Below are positions 27,066 to 32,000 of a stretch of DNA of 32,000 nucleotides, piece by piece. The stretch lies in the NCBI GenBank assembly GCA_016699145.1, contig CP064962.1:1050001-1082000 (forward strand), written 5' to 3'. The notes below the pieces were generated by a model. That model searched no databases. It had not been told where the DNA came from and saw only the letters and a list, made by a program, of their open reading frames with translations. The translations under genes and the position numbers were made by a program. Each line of letters opens with the position of its first letter. The first letter of the stretch is position 1. The DNA is from Candidatus Saccharimonadota bacterium. Its GTDB lineage: Bacteria; Patescibacteriota; Gracilibacteria; UBA1369; 2-02-FULL-48-14.

Positions 27066-27105
27066 GTGAGTGTGTGCTCACAGCTTAGGTGAGTGAACCC
27101 TCACC
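27066..27105. promoter_or_regulatory. Two tandem GTGAG-N6-CTCAC palindromes upstream of lexA (candidate operator)
   Basis: GTGAGtgtgtgCTCAC (27066-27081) and GGTGAGtgaaccCTCACC (27088-27105), with centres 22-23 bp apart. Confidence 0.35.
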
Positions 27106-27163
27106 GTCAATCTTACTTCGCTTGACGATACTCAAAAAACATTTCACAGTATATATTCCAAAT

Positions 27164-28073
27164 CTAATCTGGACGAGAAGCCAATTCAAGCAAACTTCTG
27201 GAGCTGGACCGCATCAAAAAGTAAATACCGACAAAGGAAAAAAGGAGCCCTGCCCACTGATAAAAACTAGGAATTTCACCTAGCCAAAAGTAAGCCAAAA
27301 TAAAACTGAAAGCGGGATAGCTCAAGGCGATAGCGGTATTTTTGGAAAGGTCAATTTTATTCAGAGCAATCTGCCAAAACACTTTCGGAATTCCGAAACA
27401 AAAGAGGCCAAAGAAAAGAAGAAAGCTCCATGAAGAGAGCACAGGCATTTGCATCTCCTCTATTAAAAATGAAAGTCCCAGCGTGAAAATTCCACCTACC
27501 ACTCCTCGAAAAAGAAGAAGGGGTGCGTAGGGAAGACCTTCGGCCTGCAAACGTTTAGCAATGGCATTTCCAAATACAAAAACGAAGGGGGCAAAAATCA
27601 AAATCAGAGACATGAGATTGAAGGAAAGTCCTCCACTGTAGAGAACAATAAGGTTGGACAGCAAAATGAACGCCACTCCGGCAAGGCGACTGGCTTGCAA
27701 CTGTTCTTTGAGGAAAAGCCAGCCAATCAAAGCGGCAAAAATCACTTCCGACTGAGTCAGTAGCGCCACATTGAGAGCACTGTTGCTCTGGGCCGCAAAG
27801 AAAATGGCAGCATAGGGAAGGATCAGACAAGCGGTGTAAAGCAAGCATCCACGCAAAACTTTTGCGTTGTAAAGGAAGTGAAACTGCTTTTTCTTGAAAG
27901 TCAGGACAAAGAAAAAATAAGGAACTGATTAAAGTGGCTAAACCAAAAAGTTCCACTGGAGGGATCCCAAGAACTTGAGTTCCATAAGCCGCACCCACAG
28001 GCCAAAACCCATCTAAGATCATATGTCCTAAAGAAGCGAGTTCCCCGACGCGTTCTTCTTTAGACTTACTCAT
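27164..28073 (-). pseudogene. DMT/EamA-family permease, frameshifted at an A6 run (27902-27907)
   Basis: N-terminal ~57 codons are in the frame of ORF 27555..28073 (MSKSKEERVGELASLGHMILDGFWPVGAAYG...LATLISSLFF). The rest is in the frame of ORF 27164..27856, which has EamA-like TM repeats. Removing one A restores a ~302-aa protein (...SSLFFFVLTFKKKQFHF...). Confidence 0.65.
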
Positions 28074-28210
28074 TCAATCAGGTCAAAAACAGTAGGACTT
28101 CCCGAAGCAATATAAGGACTCATCGCTAAGGGCAAATCAGCATAGCGGTCGCGAGCTAAACCCAAACAAAGACCGGTGAGAACAAGGAGAAGAAGAATGT
28201 ATTTTTTCAT
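28070..28210 (-). CDS. Possible 46-aa exported/membrane peptide (MKKYILLLLVLTGLCLGLARDRYADLPLAMSPYIASGSPTVFDLIE)
   Basis: My own translation. N-terminal signal-like hydrophobic segment. Its TGA overlaps the permease ATG as ATGA, suggesting coupling. Confidence 0.35.
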   Translation of the reverse strand: MKKYILLLLVLTGLCLGLARDRYADLPLAMSPYIASGSPTVFDLIE

Positions 28211-28375
28211 GGTGTAAAGGCTGAAACCACTATAGCACTCTAGAGGAAATCTTTGTGTGCAACAACTTATCAGGAAAGAATTGCAGATTGCTCTTTTAAA
28301 AGCAAATTCTAAGAAAGTTGCCTATTCCCTAACTCGTTAGCCACCAGATCCTGTGAGCAGGTACCCGAGTTTTTG

Positions 28376-28404
28376 TTGCTAAATTGTACTTTTCATGCTA
28401 TTAT
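28376..28404 (+). promoter_or_regulatory. Candidate promoter TTGCTA-17-TATTAT upstream of the 612-aa ORF
   Basis: Hexamers at 28376-28381 and 28399-28404; the ATG lies 43 nt downstream. Confidence 0.4.
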
Positions 28405-28447
28405 AGCCATGTTGTCTATGATGGCCTAGATTCTAACAAATAATAAC

Positions 28448-30286
28448 ATGTCTAAAGGACATAACGAAGAAAAAACTGAAATAGAAAATTTGGTATCTCA
28501 ATTGGAGAGTGTTCAAGGAGATATGCAGAAGCTTGAAAGGGAAGAGCGCGAGAAATTAAGAAATTGGTTGAAATCTTTTAACTCATCGAATGTCATCAGA
28601 GAAGAAAACATGCCACTGAAGGCGAGGCTAGAAAGTGCATTGGGTTTACCACATTCTCACGAAGGGCAGAAACTCCCCAAAAAAGCGCATGTTTTAAGGG
28701 AAAGACACAAAGAAGCTTTAAAAGACGGCATAAAATATGTTCATGGGCAGACTCGAATAGACGCGAATTCCTTAAAAGAAGGCCAATTGATTTCTTTTGA
28801 AGGTACAGGAGTTTATGGAGAAGATAGGCCAGAGTTGACGATGAATGGTTTAATAATGGACTGTGTAGTAACCCAAATAGGGCCTGATACTTTTGAAGTC
28901 ACCGAAAAAGACTGCGAATTTGATCGTGCTCGCACAGGTGCCAGTGCTCCCCGATATGTATTCTTTAAAGAACAACCACCTGTCGACTTGTTCCAAAAGA
29001 TCAATCAAGCGGGTGGCAAAATGCTTGAGTTGCAGGGTGAAGAAGGGCAAACAATTTACGGTGTCTCTGTGCAGCGTTTAGCCTCCGTAACTGTGGAGCC
29101 TCTAGCTCCGGAAGAGTCAGAAGTGGCTCATCATATGATTGCCACCATTCGTGAGAAAGCGATTTATTTGGAAAAACCTGTTGAAGACGCCCTTCGAAAA
29201 GTGGATGGATATCTAACAGGCAAAGTATCCTTGAATGAATTGATTTATACAGCTGATCAACTCGTTCGTAATAAATATAATAACAATCCCCATGATGGTG
29301 CCGACTATAGATGGATACAATACCTTCCTATCATTGACCTCATTGGATTTGTTACAGGAACAGCTTTCCAGATGGGCGGGTGGGATAAGCCAATCGAAAG
29401 GAATACATGGAAAGAACGATTCGAAAAGGGTGTTGACAGTGTCTTCAAGGAAAATGTGATTGCCTATGAAACCCTTCCATTGAGCCCAGAACCTGATGAA
29501 GATGAGGTTAAGGCGCGAGTTAAGCTCAAACTGAGAGATGCAAGTCTTGTATTAGAACGTCTGGAGGAGGAAAAATGGCATAAGATACTTCTCAGGAGAG
29601 GTCCTGACAAAAATGCCCCTATCGGCAGCTGGAGAAGAAGCGGATTCTTACTTCAATATTCCATAAAGAAAGGTGTAAGTGAATCATCAGGTTACTATAG
29701 CTACAGTGGCAATGGAATCCACTGGAGTGGTGGTGAGGGCAGCAGCGAAATAGAAGAAATTATAAAAGCACTGGAGGTAGATGACGAAACGAAAGCAGGT
29801 ATTTTAAAAGCATTTGGCTTGGGTTCAGGAAAAAAATCCCAAGAAGAAGGGTTTGAGGGGCAAACGGATGATGACTCTGAAGCAGAAGAATTTAAAAAAA
29901 CCATGGATCTATTTGATGCAACAAAAACACAGTTTCAAAAAGTAATGGAAGCAAGTGGCAATATGGAGGCCTCAGCACCTCAGCGGAAAAGAGCAAGAGT
30001 CGTAAAAGATGGAAAAACCTATACTTTGTCATTAGTAGATTATTCCATGGGACAAGTGATGGAAATCATAGTGTGTCCTATTGGAGATGAATATCCCCTT
30101 CAAAAACAGACGACAATCCCATCCACGAATGAAGTAGATCTGGCAGCCGAGTACTATGCCTCTCGCCCAGAAATTTCGGTCCAATATACTCAATGGCAAT
30201 CCGTCAACTATGAAAAGCCCAGTAAAGATTTCATTGCTCTGTTCAAGGAAGTGACTGGCGAAGAATTCCCAGTACTGCCAGCTTGA
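28448..30286 (+). CDS. Hypothetical protein, 612 aa, no recognisable domain (coiled-coil-like N-terminus, acidic Gly/Ser-rich segment near residues 420-480)
   Basis: Long uninterrupted ORF with an ATG start and its own promoter-like element. No motif I can name. Confidence 0.7.
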   Translation: MSKGHNEEKTEIENLVSQLESVQGDMQKLEREEREKLRNWLKSFNSSNVIREENMPLKARLESALGLPHSHEGQKLPKKAHVLRERHKEALKDGIKYVHGQTRIDANSLKEGQLISFEGTGVYGEDRPELTMNGLIMDCVVTQIGPDTFEVTEKDCEFDRARTGASAPRYVFFKEQPPVDLFQKINQAGGKMLELQGEEGQTIYGVSVQRLASVTVEPLAPEESEVAHHMIATIREKAIYLEKPVEDALRKVDGYLTGKVSLNELIYTADQLVRNKYNNNPHDGADYRWIQYLPIIDLIGFVTGTAFQMGGWDKPIERNTWKERFEKGVDSVFKENVIAYETLPLSPEPDEDEVKARVKLKLRDASLVLERLEEEKWHKILLRRGPDKNAPIGSWRRSGFLLQYSIKKGVSESSGYYSYSGNGIHWSGGEGSSEIEEIIKALEVDDETKAGILKAFGLGSGKKSQEEGFEGQTDDDSEAEEFKKTMDLFDATKTQFQKVMEASGNMEASAPQRKRARVVKDGKTYTLSLVDYSMGQVMEIIVCPIGDEYPLQKQTTIPSTNEVDLAAEYYASRPEISVQYTQWQSVNYEKPSKDFIALFKEVTGEEFPVLPA

Positions 30287-30297
30287 AACGCATGATT

Positions 30298-30420
30298 TTT
30301 CAGAGCAAACTCATTGAGAACAGTAGACCAGCTATCACCTATCTTTTTAAACTTCTGCAGCAATGCACTCGCAAAGATAATGAGGAAGAGTGGCGCAATG
30401 ACCGTGAATACATGGAGCAT
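30298..30420 (-). pseudogene. Possible N-terminal stump (~41 codons) of an AEC (auxin-efflux-carrier) family transporter gene
   Basis: MLHVFTVIAPLFLIIFASALLQKFKKIGDSWSTVLNEFALK resembles AEC N-termini (..P.FLII..G.LL.K......L..LN.FV). The similarity stops ~10 nt from the stop codon of the 612-aa ORF. Motif-level judgement only. Confidence 0.3.
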
Positions 30421-30660
30421 AATGACAATGTAATGTATGGACAGTCTGTATCTGAGGAAATTAAACACGAGCTTGGCAAAACTGCATAGCCAATCGTTGA
30501 GCTACGCTTGAGTTTTTATAAGTTCTTGCTAAAATCCTCTCAGCCTTGGGCAGTGGGGAGCAAATGACGCAAAGTTCCGCGAAAGCGGACGTCTAGAGCT
30601 TTGATCCATTATCAATTATAACTGGCGCTTCTGCTGGTTTTATTTGATCACCCCAATGCT

Positions 30661-31579
30661 ATGTCTTCTCAAAGTATTCTTTGGATCATATTCTCGGTCA
30701 TCGTGATTGGATTTTTAGTGGTGGATCTAGGTTTCCTAAATCGAAAGGCGCATAAGATCTCTACAAAGTCGGCTCTATTGCAGACTGCTTTTGGGTGAGT
30801 ATTTCACTTGCCTTTGCTGCCTTGATCTTTACGATGCTTGGACATATCAAGGCGGTGGAGTTCTTAAGTGCATATTTGACTGAAAAATGCTTTCCGTGGA
30901 CAACTTATTTGTCATCCTGCTCATTTTCAGTTTCTTCAAACTAGATGAAAAATACCATCACAAGGTTTTGTTTTGGGGAATCATGGGGGCCGTGGTATTC
31001 AGAGCTCTTTTCATTGGAGTGGGTTCTATTATCATTGAGCAATTCAGTTGGGTGCTTTATATCTTCGGGGCCATTCTTTTGTACACAGGTATTAAATTAT
31101 TTACAGGGAAAAAAGAAGAGCATGTAGACTTTGAACACAACGCAGTCGTAAGATACGCGAAGAAATTTTTAAGGTTCACCCCTAATGTTCACGGTGGACA
31201 CTTTTTGGTTAAAGAAGCGGGTAAGTGGCATTTTACGACCATGTTCATGGTTCTGCTATTGGTGGAGACCACGGACATTATTTTTGCGGTGGATTCGATT
31301 CCTGCCGCTTTTTCCATCACTCAAGACTCTTTCATCGTCTTCACGTCAAATATTTTTGCAGTGATGGGCTTGCGTGCCCTCTTCTTCCTTGTTGAAAACA
31401 TTCTCCACAAGTTTCATCATCTGCAAAAAGGTCTCTCCTTCATCCTCATTTTCATTGGTTTGAAAATGTTAGGAGGGATATTCCATTTCCATCTTTCACC
31501 CGTTATTTCATTTATTGTAATCTTAAGCGTCTTAGTCATGTCCTTGGTGCTTTCGGTAATTTTCCCAAAGAAGATTTAG
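30661..31579 (+). pseudogene. TerC-family integral membrane protein, interrupted by two 1-nt homopolymer frameshifts (T4 at 30789-30792, A5 at 30883-30887)
   Basis: Frame 1: MSSQSILWIIFSVIVIGFLVVDLGFLNRKAHKISTKSALLQTAF. Frame 2: (W)VSISLAFAALIFTMLGHIKAVEFLSAYLTEK. Frame 3 (ORF 30887..31579): MLSVDNLFVILLIFSFF...VLFWGIMGAVVFR. Together these reproduce the TerC consensus, including YL.EK.LSVDN.FV. Confidence 0.75.
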
Positions 31580-31582
31580 TAT

Positions 31583-32000
31583 ATGAGAAATACATTCCAT
31601 CAAAAAAACAAATCTCCTTGGCTTGCGGAGTTGAACCGTAAGCGCGATCTGCTGCCTTTGCAAAACGACACCTCCTGCGACTTGCTGGTGGTGGGTGGAG
31701 GAATTGCTGGACTCATGACCGCTTATTTTCTTCTCACTCAAACTTCTCAAAAAATAACCCTGTTGGAAGCAGGCAAGGTGGCACACGGAGCAACTGGACA
31801 CAATGCGGGGCAAATGGTGAGTGGTTTTGAAAAGAGCTTCAAAAGCTTGGTGGAACGCTATGGATTGCCTTTGGCCACCCGAGCTCAGCAGGACATCCTA
31901 CAAGCATGGGACTTATTGGAAGGAATAAAAGAAAAAGTGAAGCTAGAAACGCCGATGTATACGTTTACTGGCTATTCTGGTTTCACAAAATTGGAAGACT
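31583..32000 (+). CDS. FAD-dependent oxidoreductase (DAO-like), N-terminal part; continues beyond the window end
   Basis: My own translation: MRNTFHQKNKSPWLAELNRKRDLLPLQNDTSCDLLVVGGGIAGLMTAYFL...GKVAHGATGHNAGQM. It is open to base 32000. Starts 4 nt after the TerC stop. Confidence 0.7.
   Translation, partial: MRNTFHQKNKSPWLAELNRKRDLLPLQNDTSCDLLVVGGGIAGLMTAYFLLTQTSQKITLLEAGKVAHGATGHNAGQMVSGFEKSFKSLVERYGLPLATRAQQDILQAWDLLEGIKEKVKLETPMYTFTGYSGFTKLED

Noticed and set aside
27555-27880. The 3' two-thirds of ORF 27555..28073 (…CPDFQEKAVSLPLQRKSFAWMLALHRLSDPSLCCHF…).
   Set aside because: It is the out-of-frame read-through past the homopolymer frameshift. The membrane-protein signal continues in the frame of ORF 27164..27856.
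30283-30489. ORF 30283..30489 (+, 68 aa) following the 612-aa gene.
   Set aside because: TTG start overlapping the upstream stop, and no motif. It lies opposite the frame that resembles an AEC transporter N-terminus, so it is probably non-coding.

Overview
The window looks like a chromosomal segment of a moderate-GC bacterium that uses the standard genetic code (TGA is a stop). I see almost no Shine-Dalgarno sequences, and several first genes of operons sit about 6-11 nt downstream of a -10 box. All product calls come from motif recognition by eye; no searches were run.

Left half, 1-15.6 kb (accessory-looking):
- Seven colinear paralogs of an uncharacterised ~550-aa, cysteine-rich (~8% Cys), signal-peptide-less protein family.
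- Five of them (P0-P4, 1-7271, minus strand) lie head to tail with overlapping stop/start codons, and the array runs off the left edge.
- P5 was cut by an IS4-like element that itself carries a nested IS481-like element. Both insertions can be reversed exactly in silico.
- P6 follows a geranylgeranyl-reductase-like flavoprotein gene after a 4-nt gap.
- A TrmB-family regulator and a hicAB toxin-antitoxin pair are interspersed.

Middle, 15.7-26.2 kb (housekeeping):
- A sugar-phosphate nucleotidyltransferase.
- A seven-gene minus-strand operon: sdaAB, sdaAA, purN, 4Fe-4S ferredoxin, 2-oxoacid:ferredoxin oxidoreductase alpha and beta, 2Fe-2S ferredoxin.
- eno and an MBL-fold hydrolase.
- Between sdaAB and eno, a 1 kb non-coding region holds two tandem diverged copies of a ~340-395 nt element. 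Each copy has its own sigma70-like promoter, shared hairpins with compensatory base changes, and a U-tract end. I read this as a duplicated structured ncRNA that I cannot assign to a known class.

Right part, 26.4-32 kb:
- lexA with two tandem GTGAG-N6-CTCAC palindromes.
- A DMT/EamA permease and a TerC-family gene, both broken only at homopolymer runs.
- An orphan 612-aa protein abutting what looks like the N-terminal stump of an AEC-family transporter gene.
- The start of an FAD-dependent oxidoreductase.

No rRNA, tRNA or CRISPR array was seen.
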